Shown in pieces: positions 10,195-20,711 of a stretch of 64,000 bases of DNA. Every line of letters begins with the position of its first letter. Position 1 is the stretch's first letter. The stretch comes from a candidate division WOR-3 bacterium (GTDB lineage Bacteria; Hydrothermota; Tepidihabitantia; SM23-42; JAOAFX01). The notes under the pieces were generated by a model that was not told the DNA's origin, made no database searches, and was given only the letters and a program-made list of their open reading frames with translations. The stretch is from the NCBI GenBank assembly GCA_965649105.1, contig CBFGJP010000002.1, forward strand, positions 637 to 64,636. The letters run 5' to 3'. Made by a program: the position numbers and the translations under genes.

Positions 10195-11436
10195 TCATTC
10201 AACATATCTCTTAAAACAAAGTGTCGCATTATGCCCACCAAATCCCAGCGAATTTGAGAGTGCGTAATCAATCTTTGTCCTTTTTGATTCTTTTAATACA
10301 AAATTTAAACCCTCACACTCGGGGTCGGGATTTTCAAGATTGACTGACGGATGAAGGATTTGTTCATAGATTGATAAGACCGTTACCACGGCCTCAATTG
10401 CACCTGCAGCACCAAGGGTATGACCGATCATAGATTTTGTGGAATTTAGAAAAATCTTTGGAGCATGGGACCCAAACAAGTCTTTTATTGCCCTTGCCTC
10501 AAATTTATCATTCAAATCGGTTGATGTGCCGTGCGTGTTGATATAGTCTATCTGTTCTTTAGAACATCCTGCTTCTTTTATTGCCCTTTCCATTGACCTG
10601 CGTGCACCTTCTCCTTCTGGTGATGGTGCAGTTATATGATATCCGTCCCCGGTAGCGCCAAATCCAACGATTTCAGCGTAGATCTTTGCGCCACGTCTTT
10701 TGGCAAATTCTAATTCTTCCAATATCAACACTGCCGCACCTTCTGCCATTACAAAACCATCTCTTGCCTGGTCAAATGGTCTTGATGCCTTTTGTGGTTC
10801 ATCATTCCGCCGGGAAAGCGCGCGCATATTACTAAATCCTGCTAAGGCAAAAGGTGTTACTGGTGCCTCGGCACCGCCGGTAACAATGACTGAGGCATTT
10901 CCTAACTTTATTTCTCTAAACGCTGTTCCGATCGCATGAGCACCAGAAGCACAAGCAGAGACTGTAGTATAATTCGGTCCCTTCAAACCATAATGGATTG
11001 CAACATAACCAGAGGTCATATCGGGTATCATCATTGGAATCAAAAATGGCGATACCCTTGCTGGTCCTTGATTAATATATTTGATATGTTCCTCTTCCCA
11101 GGTCAACAACCCGCCAATGCCAGAGCCAATGATAACACCAATATCAGTCTTGTCGTATTTTTCAAAATCAATCTGAGCATCGGCTGCTGATTCAAGTGCT
11201 GCCCATAGACACAACTGAACGCACCGGTCAAGTCTTTTGATCGCCTTGGGATCGAGTTTCGTTTCTGGTTGAAAGTTTTTTACTTCACCAGCAATTTTTA
11301 CATTGTGTTTTGAGGTATCAAAAGATTTTATTAAATCAATACCGCTTTTCCCCTGGAGCATATTATTCCAGGTAGTCCTTACATCGTTACCCAGGGGTGT
11401 TATTGCGCCCAGTCCGGTTATTACAACCCGTTTCAT
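10195..11436 (-). CDS. fabF: 3-oxoacyl-[ACP] synthase II
   Basis: 413 aa; KAS II family throughout (active-site Cys in [16 protein letters not shown] and [12 protein letters not shown] motifs). Confidence 0.95.
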   Translation of the reverse strand: MKRVVITGLGAITPLGNDVRTTWNNMLQGKSGIDLIKSFDTSKHNVKIAGEVKNFQPETKLDPKAIKRLDRCVQLCLWAALESAADAQIDFEKYDKTDIGVIIGSGIGGLLTWEEEHIKYINQGPARVSPFLIPMMIPDMTSGYVAIHYGLKGPNYTTVSACASGAHAIGTAFREIKLGNASVIVTGGAEAPVTPFALAGFSNMRALSRRNDEPQKASRPFDQARDGFVMAEGAAVLILEELEFAKRRGAKIYAEIVGFGATGDGYHITAPSPEGEGARRSMERAIKEAGCSKEQIDYINTHGTSTDLNDKFEARAIKDLFGSHAPKIFLNSTKSMIGHTLGAAGAIEAVVTVLSIYEQILHPSVNLENPDPECEGLNFVLKESKRTKIDYALSNSLGFGGHNATLCFKRYVE

Positions 11437-11672
11437 TGGGATTTTAATTTATCTTCAAGGTAGGCAATCGCCTTACCTACAGTATCAAGCTTCTGGGCAT
11501 CTTCTTCGGGAATTTGAATGTTGAATTTCTCTTCAAAAGCCATTATTAATTCAACTGTATCAAGAGAGTCTGCACCAAGATCTTCAATAAATTTCGCATC
11601 GGCATTAACCTTCTCGGGTGGAACATGTAATTGTTCCACAATGATATTGCGGACTTCATCAAATATTGCCAT
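11433..11672 (-). CDS. acpP: acyl carrier protein
   Basis: 79 aa, [20 protein letters not shown] phosphopantetheine-attachment motif. Confidence 0.95.
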   Translation of the reverse strand: MAIFDEVRNIIVEQLHVPPEKVNADAKFIEDLGADSLDTVELIMAFEEKFNIQIPEEDAQKLDTVGKAIAYLEDKLKSQ

Positions 11673-11688
11673 TTTTTCTCCTTTCTTT

Positions 11689-12420
11689 TTACATTACCAT
11701 TCCGCCATCAATGGCGATCACCTGACCAGTAATATAGTCTGCCTGGTCCGAGGCTATAAATAGTGCCAGGTTTGCCACATCTTCAGGTTTACCAAACCTG
11801 CCCAAGGGGATTAATTTGAAATAAGCATGTTTTATTTCTTCAGGTAGTTTTTCGGTCATTCTTGTTTCAATGAACCCCGGGGCTATTGCATTTACTGTAA
11901 TATTCCGTGAGGCAAATTCCTTGGCACAGGATTTTGTAAATCCAATTATACCCGCTTTGCTTGCGGCATAATTTGACTGACCGGCATTTCCAATCAAACC
12001 GATTACTGAAGCAATATTAATGATTTTACCAAAGCGTTGTTTCATCATATATTTTACCACTGCCTTGGTCACAAGAAATGTCCCGGTGAGATTGATATTT
12101 ATTACTTTTTCCCAATCTTCTTTCGACATGCGCACAAGTAATTTGTCATTCGTTATACCGGCATTATTAACCAGAATGTCAATCTTTGTAAAATCGTTTG
12201 CGATTTTATCAATGGTTCCATTAACAGAAACTTCGTCTGCGATATTCATATAATAAAAATGTGCCCTATCACCTAAATTTCGTGCAGTTGTTTTACCCAA
12301 TTCAGCATCCACATCGACAATGATAACAACTGCATCATTTTCAATAAATTTATTTGCAATCGCGGCCCCAATTCCACCGGCACCACCAGTGATAAGGGCA
12401 ATCTTTCCATTGAGCATCAT
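11689..12420 (-). CDS. fabG: 3-oxoacyl-[ACP] reductase
   Basis: SDR family: [12 protein letters not shown] Rossmann motif, NNAG, catalytic YAASKAG. Start set to ATG 12420 rather than the track's TTG 12426. Confidence 0.9.
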   Translation of the reverse strand: MMLNGKIALITGGAGGIGAAIANKFIENDAVVIIVDVDAELGKTTARNLGDRAHFYYMNIADEVSVNGTIDKIANDFTKIDILVNNAGITNDKLLVRMSKEDWEKVININLTGTFLVTKAVVKYMMKQRFGKIINIASVIGLIGNAGQSNYAASKAGIIGFTKSCAKEFASRNITVNAIAPGFIETRMTEKLPEEIKHAYFKLIPLGRFGKPEDVANLALFIASDQADYITGQVIAIDGGMVM

Positions 12421-12424
12421 AGTC

Positions 12425-12453
12425 AATTCTATTTAAAATAACCCGATTGTCAA
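12425..12453 (-). promoter_or_regulatory. sigma70-type promoter (TTGACA-17-TAGAAT) for fabG-acpP-fabF-coaE; leaderless
   Basis: Minus-strand ttgaca at 12453..12448 and tagaat at 12430..12425; ATG 12420 about 5 nt after the -10. Confidence 0.5.
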
Positions 12454-12570
12454 GATGTCTGTTTATTAAATCTTCATTACTTTTTCTAACGATTTTCCAA
12501 AAATTAGTCGCTCATTAAGGTAATTATTATTGGAGTGTTATAAATTAATACAACTTCTTAGAAGTAATCA

Positions 12571-12598
12571 TTGACAATAAAGATAAATTCAATATAAT
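12571..12598 (+). promoter_or_regulatory. sigma70-type promoter TTGACA-16-TATAAT upstream of ORF 12616
   Basis: ttgaca 12571-12576; tataat 12593-12598; AGGAG RBS at 12607-12611. Confidence 0.6.
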
Positions 12599-12615
12599 AA
12601 TATTCTAGGAGCGTT

Positions 12616-13002
12616 ATGCAAGGAAAGGTCATCTTTGATTACGATGAAAAAAGTAACATAGTCTTTACGGAAGACCACTGGGAGATAAAGACCAAACAGG
12701 ATGTTGATGAATTTTTTGCTGAATATCAAAGATACTTTCAGAAATTGGGTAAAAAAGTATATATGATATCAAATATTGATGACCTTTTAGTCCATGCCGA
12801 AGTCGCTGAGTATTATGGAGAGGTAGCAAAGAATACGGTTTCTATTTATCTCTTGGGTTTTGCCCGTTACGGAACAAAGGATTGGGCAAGGATGACTGTG
12901 CGCACAACTTCTTTGAAGGCAAAATTTTCACCCAACATTTATAGCACACGCGAAGAGGCGATACAGGCGATTGAGAAGCAAAAACAACCAAAATCTGAAT
13001 GA
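12616..13002 (+). CDS. hypothetical protein (128 aa), first gene of a five-gene operon
   Basis: ORF with RBS and consensus promoter; no recognisable family motif. Confidence 0.5.
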   Translation: MQGKVIFDYDEKSNIVFTEDHWEIKTKQDVDEFFAEYQRYFQKLGKKVYMISNIDDLLVHAEVAEYYGEVAKNTVSIYLLGFARYGTKDWARMTVRTTSLKAKFSPNIYSTREEAIQAIEKQKQPKSE

Positions 13003-13032
13003 ATATTTGCAAAAAATTAAACAGGGAGTTTT

Positions 13033-14442
13033 ATGGAATATATAAGTTATAAATCTCCAATAATTGGTAAAAAGGGCAAAAAATTAATTGACCGTGATAA
13101 AAAAGTGATGTTTGGCGCCCATACCAGAACGAGAGAAATACCACTCGTTGTGGAAAGGGCAAAGGGTGCCTGGATAACAGATGTTGATGGCAGAAAATAT
13201 CTTGATTTTGGGGCGGGATTTGCCGTTGTTGGCACTGGACACTGCCATCCTGAGGTGATAAAGGCGGTAAACAAACAGATAAGAATGTTGATTCACATTT
13301 CAGGTAGTGATTTTTACTATGAACCACAGATTGCCCTTGCTGAAAAACTCGTTAAAATTACACCAGGAGATTTTGATAAGCGTGTTTATTTTGGAAGTTC
13401 TGGTGCTGAGGCGATAGAGGCATCTTTAAAAATTGCGCGGTATTATACAAGAAGGACGAAGATGATTTCATTCATAGGTGGATTCCACGGCAGAACCTTT
13501 GCAGGAATGACGATGTCCGGGAGCAAAAAGGTCCAGCGTGCACATTTTTCTGCCTTAATCCCGGAGGTTTTCCACACCCCCTATCCATATTGTTATCACT
13601 GTTTCTTCAATCAGACTTATCCGGAGTGTATAAAAAAGGAATTTGAAGAAGTCCCACTCCTTTATTGCCTCTCTTATTTAACTGATGTCATTTTTGAACG
13701 GTTGATAGACCCGGAAGATGTGGCATTGATAATGGTGGAACCCATCCAGGGTGAGGGTGGATATATCGTTCCCCCCAAGGAGTTTCTACCGGCACTCCGG
13801 GCAATTGCAGATAAATACGGGATTGTATTAATCTTTGATGAAATTCAAAGTGGCCTGGGCAGAACCGGCAGGTGGTTTGCCTGTGACCATGTCAATGTTG
13901 CACCGGATATAATTTTGATTGCCAAGGCAATAGCATCGGGACTGCCAATGAGTGCTACAGTGGGAAGGGCAGAACTGATGGATGTAGAGGTGGACACCCG
14001 TGCCTGGGTTCCTGGTTCTCATGGCTCCACATTTGGAGGGAATCCGGTCATTGCCTCAGCTGGAATTGCCTCACTGGAATTGATTGAAAAAGGTTTGATT
14101 GAAAATGCCCGGATTATTGGTGAATATTTGAAGAACGGGTTGATTGAGATAATGAATCGCCATAAGATCATCGGCGAGGTCCGGGGACTCGGTTTGATGA
14201 TTGGACTGGAGATTGTTCAACACAAAGAAACAAAAGAACATTTCCCGAGGGTTGTGACAAAAGATGGCAAGAACATAAAAGAGGTTATTACGGGTGAATG
14301 TTTTAAAAGGGGATTGATTCTCTATGGGGCTGGATTCAACTCCATCAGGATTTCACCTCCACTTGTCATTACAAAGAACGAAGCCGATATTGCATTGAAA
14401 ATAATTGATGAAGTTATAACCTTTGTTGAATCACAATTATGA
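13033..14442 (+). CDS. class-III pyridoxal-phosphate aminotransferase (acetylornithine/GABA/ornithine aminotransferase family)
   Basis: 469 aa; family pattern including GFHGRT and DEIQSGLGRTG motifs; PLP-lysine expected in IAKAIASGLP. Confidence 0.85.
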   Translation: MEYISYKSPIIGKKGKKLIDRDKKVMFGAHTRTREIPLVVERAKGAWITDVDGRKYLDFGAGFAVVGTGHCHPEVIKAVNKQIRMLIHISGSDFYYEPQIALAEKLVKITPGDFDKRVYFGSSGAEAIEASLKIARYYTRRTKMISFIGGFHGRTFAGMTMSGSKKVQRAHFSALIPEVFHTPYPYCYHCFFNQTYPECIKKEFEEVPLLYCLSYLTDVIFERLIDPEDVALIMVEPIQGEGGYIVPPKEFLPALRAIADKYGIVLIFDEIQSGLGRTGRWFACDHVNVAPDIILIAKAIASGLPMSATVGRAELMDVEVDTRAWVPGSHGSTFGGNPVIASAGIASLELIEKGLIENARIIGEYLKNGLIEIMNRHKIIGEVRGLGLMIGLEIVQHKETKEHFPRVVTKDGKNIKEVITGECFKRGLILYGAGFNSIRISPPLVITKNEADIALKIIDEVITFVESQL

Positions 14443-15788
14443 TAAATCCATCAATATTCAGGGAATACGATATAAGGGGCATCGCTGATACCGATTTAAA
14501 CGATGAAAATGCAGAATTGCTGGGATTGGGTCTCGGCACATATTACCGTGTAAATAAGCAAAATACCGTTATCATTGGTGGGGATGTGCGAATCTCCACT
14601 CCACGCATAATGGCGATTTTTATAAAGTGCCTGCGCGATGCTGGATGTAATGTGATTGATATCGGCACTGTCCCTACACCAGTCCTTTATTTTTCGTTAT
14701 TCCACTACAATATCCCCAATGGGATAATTGTGACTGCAAGCCATAATCCGAAGGATTTCAATGGCTGCAAGGTTTGTGCAAAAAAGACCGCAATCTATGG
14801 TGAAGAGATTCAGCAGATTAAAAAGATAATTGAAAAAAGGGAATTTTCAAAAGGGAAGGGAGGTTATGAAAAAAAGGATGTTGTCCCATTTTATATAGAT
14901 TATTTGGTATCCGGCGTAAATATAAAAAGGGAATTGAAGATCGTTATTGACACCGGGAATGGCACCTGCGGTCCGATTATGGAGAAGATATTACAAAGGC
15001 TTGGAGTAAAATTTGATATTTTATTCAAAGAACCGGATGGGAATTTCCCCAATCACCTCCCTGACCCCACGGTTGAGAAGTATATAAAAGATTTGATTGA
15101 AAGGGTCAAATCCGAAAGATTTGATGCGGGAATAGGTCTTGATGGAGATGGTGATAGGATTGGTGTGATAGATGAAAATGGAAATATCATATGGGGCGAT
15201 GTGCTCCTTGCCATCTTTGCGGAAAAGATTATAAAAAATAAACCCGGGGCAAAGATAATATTTGAGGTAAAATGCTCTAAAGGACTGATTGAAAGGATTG
15301 AAAAACTCGGGGGCAAACCGATTATGTATCGGACCGGGCATTCATTGATAAAGGCAAAAATGAAACAGGAGAATGCGCCGCTTGCAGGAGAGATGTCAGG
15401 TCATATATTCTTTGCGGATAGGTATTTTGGTTATGATGATGCAATATACGCATCATTGCGACTCCTTGAAATACTCAGCGAAGGTAAAAAACTTTCTGAA
15501 CTTGCGGGCAGAGTTCCAAAGTATTTTTCCACACCAGAGATTCGTGTTGATACTACTGATGATAAAAAATTTTTGATTGTAGAAAAACTGAAGTCTGAAT
15601 TCAAAAGTAAATACAAAATTATTGATATTGATGGTATCCGTGTTGATTTTGGCGATGGCTGGGGACTTGTGAGGGCGTCAAATACCCAGCCGGTCTTGGT
15701 CTTGCGGTTTGAGGCAAAAACAGAAAAAAGGCTTGAAGAAATAAAAAATTTATTTTTCACCAAGTTAGAGGATATAGGTCTGAAATAA
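14439..15788 (+). CDS. phosphomannomutase/phosphoglucomutase-family phosphohexomutase
   Basis: N-terminal REYDIRG, active-site TASHNP, metal loop DGDGDR, sugar loop GEMSGH. ATGA overlap with the upstream gene. Confidence 0.85.
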   Translation: MINPSIFREYDIRGIADTDLNDENAELLGLGLGTYYRVNKQNTVIIGGDVRISTPRIMAIFIKCLRDAGCNVIDIGTVPTPVLYFSLFHYNIPNGIIVTASHNPKDFNGCKVCAKKTAIYGEEIQQIKKIIEKREFSKGKGGYEKKDVVPFYIDYLVSGVNIKRELKIVIDTGNGTCGPIMEKILQRLGVKFDILFKEPDGNFPNHLPDPTVEKYIKDLIERVKSERFDAGIGLDGDGDRIGVIDENGNIIWGDVLLAIFAEKIIKNKPGAKIIFEVKCSKGLIERIEKLGGKPIMYRTGHSLIKAKMKQENAPLAGEMSGHIFFADRYFGYDDAIYASLRLLEILSEGKKLSELAGRVPKYFSTPEIRVDTTDDKKFLIVEKLKSEFKSKYKIIDIDGIRVDFGDGWGLVRASNTQPVLVLRFEAKTEKRLEEIKNLFFTKLEDIGLK

Positions 15789-15802
15789 CATAAGGGGGTT
15801 TT

Positions 15803-17479
15803 ATGGGCCTAATCTTTTTTGTTCTATTTTCACTTGAAGAACCTTCAGAAATTCTGCCGAAGTGGATGACTGCAGAGGAGAGTCTGAGGGTTGATGAGAT
15901 TGGAAAAGGACATATCGTCACTGCTCCACCCGGTGGGTTTGTTGTCACCCCTGCAGAATATGAGCCAGTGCGCGGTGTATTTGTAACCTGGGCCGGTTAT
16001 ACATCAATATTGAGAGAAATTGTTCGTCATACTGTTCCTACCTGCAAAGCATATATTATATGTTCTGATAGTAATAGTGTGAAAAGCTATTTGACAAGTG
16101 GGGGTGTGCCTTTAGATAGTGTCAGGTTCTATGCCTTTCCCTACAACTCGGTCTGGATTCGTGATTATGGTCCCTGGTTTATAAGAAAGCAGGATAATAC
16201 CGAAGGCATTGTAGATTTTCAGTACAATCGTCCAAGACCCAGTGATGATACAATTCCCTGGCGTATTGGACAGGCCTGGGGGATACCAGTCTATGGTTCA
16301 CCTCTTGAACATCCGGGTGGTAACTTTATGGTGGATGGCCATGGCACCGGATTCTTCAGCAGTTTAATATATGAAGAAAATCCCGGTTATACACCCGCAC
16401 AAATCAATCAACTGATGCTTGAATATAATGGTCTTGAGCAAACAATTCCAGTAAAGAGAATCCTCACCGAATACACCGGTCATATTGATTTGTGGACAAA
16501 GATTCTAAATGATACACTTGTAATGGTTGGTGAATATGCTTCAGGACATCCTAATGATACGGTCCTTGATAACCGGGCTGATTCAATCAGCCGGTGCAAA
16601 AATAGAGAAGGATTCCCTTATCGGGTTGTCAGAATCGTCATGCCCTGGTCAACATCAGATGCACCACCAACATATCTTAATTCGCTTTTTGTAAATAATA
16701 GAATTCTGGTGCCGACCTGGGGATTGTCAACCGACCAACAGGCACTCAATACATATCAGCAATATCTGCCTAATTATACCGTTGTAGGAATAAACTGCTC
16801 ATCAATGAGTGGTTCAGGTGGTGCTATCCATTGTATAACGATGCAGGTCCCAAAATCAGAATTCATCCATATTGCACATAACCGGCTTACTGATACATAT
16901 AATATCTCCACACCCTACCGAGTTCGGGCAAGGATAATAACCTCAAGTAATCTCAGACCTGAATCAACCCTCGTATTGTATAAGAAAAATAGCCAGCCGA
17001 GTTTTACAACAGTTCCATTGAGTGCAGTTCCAGATACTGCGGGTGTTTATGCAGGGTATATACCTCCGCAATCGTCAGGTGATACAGTCCATTACTACAT
17101 TCTTGCAAAGAATAATCACAATATTCGGAGAACTTCACCTTCCTATGTACCGCCACAATTGTATTCTTTCCGTATTCTTCCAGTTGCAGTTTTAGAGCAG
17201 TATGTACGGACTTTAAATGGCTTTGCGATATATCCCAATCCGACAAAGGGGATTCTTAATTTCTTAGTAAACTTACCATATCCCGCAAAAGTAAAGATAG
17301 AGATATACAATGCAATCGGTCAGAAACTGAATATTTTTGAAGGCAAGTATGATAAAGGAAAGCATGTCATCACCTATGACATTAAACATAATAATAAGAA
17401 TCTTCCAGTTGGTGCCTATTTCTATAGGGTAGAGATTGATGAAAACATAATCAGCGGCAAATTCTTGGTGGTAAGATAA
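15803..17479 (+). CDS. secreted agmatine deiminase / Porphyromonas-type peptidylarginine deiminase (PPAD) family protein with T9SS C-terminal sorting domain
   Basis: WIRDYGP and GGAIHCITMQ catalytic-Cys motifs of the guanidino-group-modifying enzyme fold. Hydrophobic N-terminus. C-terminal approx. 80 aa with the T9SS CTD pattern (…GAYFYRVEIDENIISGKFLVVR). Confidence 0.75.
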   Translation: MGLIFFVLFSLEEPSEILPKWMTAEESLRVDEIGKGHIVTAPPGGFVVTPAEYEPVRGVFVTWAGYTSILREIVRHTVPTCKAYIICSDSNSVKSYLTSGGVPLDSVRFYAFPYNSVWIRDYGPWFIRKQDNTEGIVDFQYNRPRPSDDTIPWRIGQAWGIPVYGSPLEHPGGNFMVDGHGTGFFSSLIYEENPGYTPAQINQLMLEYNGLEQTIPVKRILTEYTGHIDLWTKILNDTLVMVGEYASGHPNDTVLDNRADSISRCKNREGFPYRVVRIVMPWSTSDAPPTYLNSLFVNNRILVPTWGLSTDQQALNTYQQYLPNYTVVGINCSSMSGSGGAIHCITMQVPKSEFIHIAHNRLTDTYNISTPYRVRARIITSSNLRPESTLVLYKKNSQPSFTTVPLSAVPDTAGVYAGYIPPQSSGDTVHYYILAKNNHNIRRTSPSYVPPQLYSFRILPVAVLEQYVRTLNGFAIYPNPTKGILNFLVNLPYPAKVKIEIYNAIGQKLNIFEGKYDKGKHVITYDIKHNNKNLPVGAYFYRVEIDENIISGKFLVVR

Positions 17480-18318
17480 TGAAAATTGTAAAAAAAATTG
17501 CCGAACTAAAAAAATTAGTAAAACAAATTAAGAGTAAAAAGAAATCCATCGGTTTTGTGCCAACGATGGGCTATCTCCATGAAGGACATTTATCTTTGAT
17601 AAGAATTGCCCATAAGCATAGCGATTATGTGGTATGTTCAATCTTTGTCAATCCAACACAGTTTGGCCCAAACGAAGACTTTAATCGTTATCCAAGGGAT
17701 CTAAAGCGAGACGAAAATTTGTTAAAAAAAGAAAGGGTTGATTTACTTTTTTATCCTTCGGTAAAAGAGATGTATCCCGATGGCTACAAGACTTATGTTG
17801 AAGTAGAAGAATTGAGTTCTGTTTTGTGTGGAAAATCAAGACCCGGACACTTTCGCGGTGTGGCAACGGTGGTATTGAAATTATTCAACATTGTCCAACC
17901 GGATATTGCGGTTTTTGGCGAGAAAGATTATCAGCAGGCAATTATTATCAAACAGATGGTAAAGGATTTAAACCTTGATGTAAGGGTTATCACCGGACCG
18001 ATTGTGCGTGAATCAGATGGGCTGGCAATGAGTTCGCGTAATACATATTTGAGTCCTGAAGAAAGAATTAATGCAACAATCATTTACAAGGCATTGACCT
18101 GGGCAAAGGATTCATTTTATAAGGAGAATATCAAGAGCCCGGAGTATCTAATAACGCAGATTAGAAAGATGATTGAGGAAAGAGGCGGTAATGTTGATTA
18201 TATATCAATTGTAGATAAAAATGATTTGACGCCAGTGAGGTTTCTTAAAAAAGGCGATCGGATATTACTTGCGGTCTTTTTCGGTAAAACCAGACTAATA
18301 GATAATATCGCGATTTAA
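17479..18318 (+). CDS. panC: pantoate--beta-alanine ligase
   Basis: 279 aa; PTMGYLHEGHLSL HIGH-type motif; family-wide similarity. Confidence 0.9.
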   Translation: MKIVKKIAELKKLVKQIKSKKKSIGFVPTMGYLHEGHLSLIRIAHKHSDYVVCSIFVNPTQFGPNEDFNRYPRDLKRDENLLKKERVDLLFYPSVKEMYPDGYKTYVEVEELSSVLCGKSRPGHFRGVATVVLKLFNIVQPDIAVFGEKDYQQAIIIKQMVKDLNLDVRVITGPIVRESDGLAMSSRNTYLSPEERINATIIYKALTWAKDSFYKENIKSPEYLITQIRKMIEERGGNVDYISIVDKNDLTPVRFLKKGDRILLAVFFGKTRLIDNIAI

Positions 18319-18325
18319 AAAAGGA

Positions 18326-18353
18326 TTGACAAAAATAAAATTATAGATATAAT
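18326..18353 (+). promoter_or_regulatory. sigma70-type promoter TTGACA-16-TATAAT for ORF 18374
   Basis: ttgaca 18326-18331; tataat 18348-18353; AGGAGG RBS before ATG 18374. Confidence 0.6.
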
Positions 18354-18373
18354 CGATATGTAAAGGAGGAAAA

Positions 18374-18853
18374 ATGAGAAAAATCCTTGGGGTAGCAGTT
18401 GTTCTAACAATGCTGAGTGGATTATATGGTTTGACCCTCAGCCTCAGCGGCGCTTATCAGGATATCACCGATGAATACGGGGGAGGTCCATACTTTGGAG
18501 TGAAGGCAGATATTATCGTGGGACTGCTTCCAATTCTTAAGGCACGTGGATTCTTAATGGAGCTTGATTTCAGTGAAGGAACCCCGATGGCGTTTGGGAC
18601 ATTCACCGGTTCAGACCTGTTGATTACTATCCCGATGGCAGCACCGGTTCAGCCTTATGTGGTTGCCGGCTTCTGGTTTGTTAAAGATGCATATATGACA
18701 ATCAGGGGTGGACTCGGTGCAGAGATGGGATTTGGTAATATGAATGGTTATCTTGAAGGACACCTTAACTTCGTTTCGCCTGACCAGGGAGATAGCTATA
18801 TGCCTATCAACATAATGGGTGGCCTCAGATTCCCATTGAAATTAGGATTATAA
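18374..18853 (+). CDS. small secreted / outer-membrane beta-rich protein, function unknown
   Basis: Signal peptide MRKILGVAVVLTMLSG; Gly/aromatic-rich alternating pattern; C-terminal LKLGL. Confidence 0.45.
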   Translation: MRKILGVAVVLTMLSGLYGLTLSLSGAYQDITDEYGGGPYFGVKADIIVGLLPILKARGFLMELDFSEGTPMAFGTFTGSDLLITIPMAAPVQPYVVAGFWFVKDAYMTIRGGLGAEMGFGNMNGYLEGHLNFVSPDQGDSYMPINIMGGLRFPLKLGL

Positions 18854-18875
18854 TTGAGCCACCACAGATTTTTAA

Positions 18876-18906
18876 AAAAGGCGGGCATAAGCCCGCCTTT
18901 TTTATT
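18876..18906. terminator. bidirectional rho-independent terminator between ORF 18374 (+) and nadE (-)
   Basis: aaaaaaG GCGGGC ataa GCCCGC C ttttttatt: GC-rich 7-bp stem flanked by an A-run and a T-run. Confidence 0.8.
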
Positions 18907-18981
18907 AATCTTATCAGTTCTCGTCGGGCAAACCTTCAGGTTTGAATTTATTTTGATATAAGGCAGATACTATGACATGTC

Positions 18982-20622
18982 TTAAAATACTGCCGCGACC
19001 GGCATTCTCCTTCCCAATCCAAATGCCTTTGATGTAACCTTTAATACAGGTGGTGCCTGCCGCCTTTTATATTCATTTTTATTTACTGCCTTTATTACCC
19101 AATTTACAACTTCTTCTTTATAGCCTTTTGCTACAATTTCTTCTTTTGAAAGGCCATCTTCAACATAAAATTGCAAGATCGGGTCAAGGATTTCATAGGG
19201 TGGTAGGGTGTCCTGGTCACACTGGTTGGGTTTTAATTCAGCAGAAGGCAGCTTCTTGATAATCGTCTTGGGAATTATTTCTTCTTTGCGATTGATGAAT
19301 TCAGCAATCGCATAAACCATTGTCTTGGGCACATCTCCAATCACCGCCAGACCACCGCTCATATCGCCATAGAGTGTGCAATAACCAACCGCAAGTTCAC
19401 TTTTATTTCCCGTTGTTAAAACCAGATAACCAAACTTATTTGAAAGCGCCATTAAAATATTACCCCTTATTCGTGCCTGAATATTTTCTTCGGTGGTATC
19501 AGATGCTTTACCTTCAAAAACATCTTTTAATGTCTTGAGATATGAATCATAAATATCAGTTATCGGAATTACTTTTAATTCAATCCCTAAATTTTCAGCA
19601 AGTTTCTTAGAATCTTCAACACTTCCTGCGGAAGAGAATGGTCCAGGCATTGTTATGCCCAGGACATTATCTTTTCCGATTGCCTCAGCAGCAATGCAGG
19701 CAACAACTGCGGAGTCAATCCCACCGGATAATCCCAGAATCGCCTTTTTAAATCCACATTTCTTCATATAATCACGCACACCGAGAACGAGGGCATTGAA
19801 AACGCTTTCAATATGACCAAGTGGTGAATAGTTTTTTGATGCCCCTTTTGAATGAATCTCAATGGTCTTTATACATTCGCCAAATGGAAGCAGAACATCT
19901 ACCGGATTGCCATCTTTATCTACCATCATACTCCTACCATCAAATATTAATTCATCATTTGCACCGACTTGATTCACAAAAACAAATGGTAGGTGATATT
20001 TTTTTGCATAACTTTGGATAATCTTATAACGAATCTCTTCTTTACCCATTGTAAATGGTGATGCAGAGATATTTATCAAAATGGTTGCCCCTTTTTGCAC
20101 AAGTATTTCAATCGGGTCAATGTCATAAATCTGTCTATACCATAACTCCGGAATATTCCAGGCATCTTCACAGATAGAAATTCCGATTACTTCGTCTTTA
20201 AATTTAATTGGCTTTATTTCATCTGCCGGGTCAAAATATCTTGCCTCATCAAATACATCATAAGTGGGTAAAAGAGATTTATGTTGAATATGATTTATCA
20301 ATCCGCAGTGAATGAAAATTGCTGAATTATACAACCCTCTTCCGGTATTTTTGTGAGAAAACATAGGTGCACCAAAAATGATCCCGAGATCAGGATAAAA
20401 TGAAGATAGTTTAAGGATTTCCTCTATTGCTTTTTCAATCTTTTTAATAAACCATTTTCGTTCGAGCAAATCCTGGGGTGGATAGCCCGAGAGAAATAAT
20501 TCAGAGAAAACAACCAGATTACTATTTTCCGTCTGTGCCTGTTTTATCGTCTGGATTATTTTCTCAAAGTTACCATCTATGTTGCCGACAACTGGATTTA
20601 ACTGGGCAATAGTAATTTTCAT
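18982..20622 (-). CDS. nadE: glutamine-dependent NAD+ synthetase
   Basis: 546 aa. N-terminal nitrilase/CN-hydrolase domain (…VVFSELFLSGYPP…CEDAW). C-terminal NAD synthase PP-loop LGLSGGIDSAVV. Confidence 0.9.
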   Translation of the reverse strand: MKITIAQLNPVVGNIDGNFEKIIQTIKQAQTENSNLVVFSELFLSGYPPQDLLERKWFIKKIEKAIEEILKLSSFYPDLGIIFGAPMFSHKNTGRGLYNSAIFIHCGLINHIQHKSLLPTYDVFDEARYFDPADEIKPIKFKDEVIGISICEDAWNIPELWYRQIYDIDPIEILVQKGATILINISASPFTMGKEEIRYKIIQSYAKKYHLPFVFVNQVGANDELIFDGRSMMVDKDGNPVDVLLPFGECIKTIEIHSKGASKNYSPLGHIESVFNALVLGVRDYMKKCGFKKAILGLSGGIDSAVVACIAAEAIGKDNVLGITMPGPFSSAGSVEDSKKLAENLGIELKVIPITDIYDSYLKTLKDVFEGKASDTTEENIQARIRGNILMALSNKFGYLVLTTGNKSELAVGYCTLYGDMSGGLAVIGDVPKTMVYAIAEFINRKEEIIPKTIIKKLPSAELKPNQCDQDTLPPYEILDPILQFYVEDGLSKEEIVAKGYKEEVVNWVIKAVNKNEYKRRQAPPVLKVTSKAFGLGRRMPVAAVF

Positions 20623-20628
20623 TTTGTA

Positions 20629-20657
20629 ATTATAATAAATATAATCTTTGAAGTCAA
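20629..20657 (-). promoter_or_regulatory. sigma70-type promoter TTGACT-17-TATAAT for nadE; leaderless
   Basis: Minus-strand ttgact 20657..20652, tataat 20634..20629, ATG 20622 six nt after the -10. Confidence 0.55.
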
Positions 20658-20663
20658 GGATTA

Positions 20664-20691
20664 TAAAAAAAGGGCGGGCAAGAGCCCGCCC
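20664..20691 (-). terminator. rho-independent terminator for lipoprotein gene 20712-21491
   Basis: Minus-strand GGGCGGGC tctt GCCCGCCC followed by tttttttat. Confidence 0.8.
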
Positions 20692-20711
20692 TATGCTAAA
20701 ATTTCGTTCTT

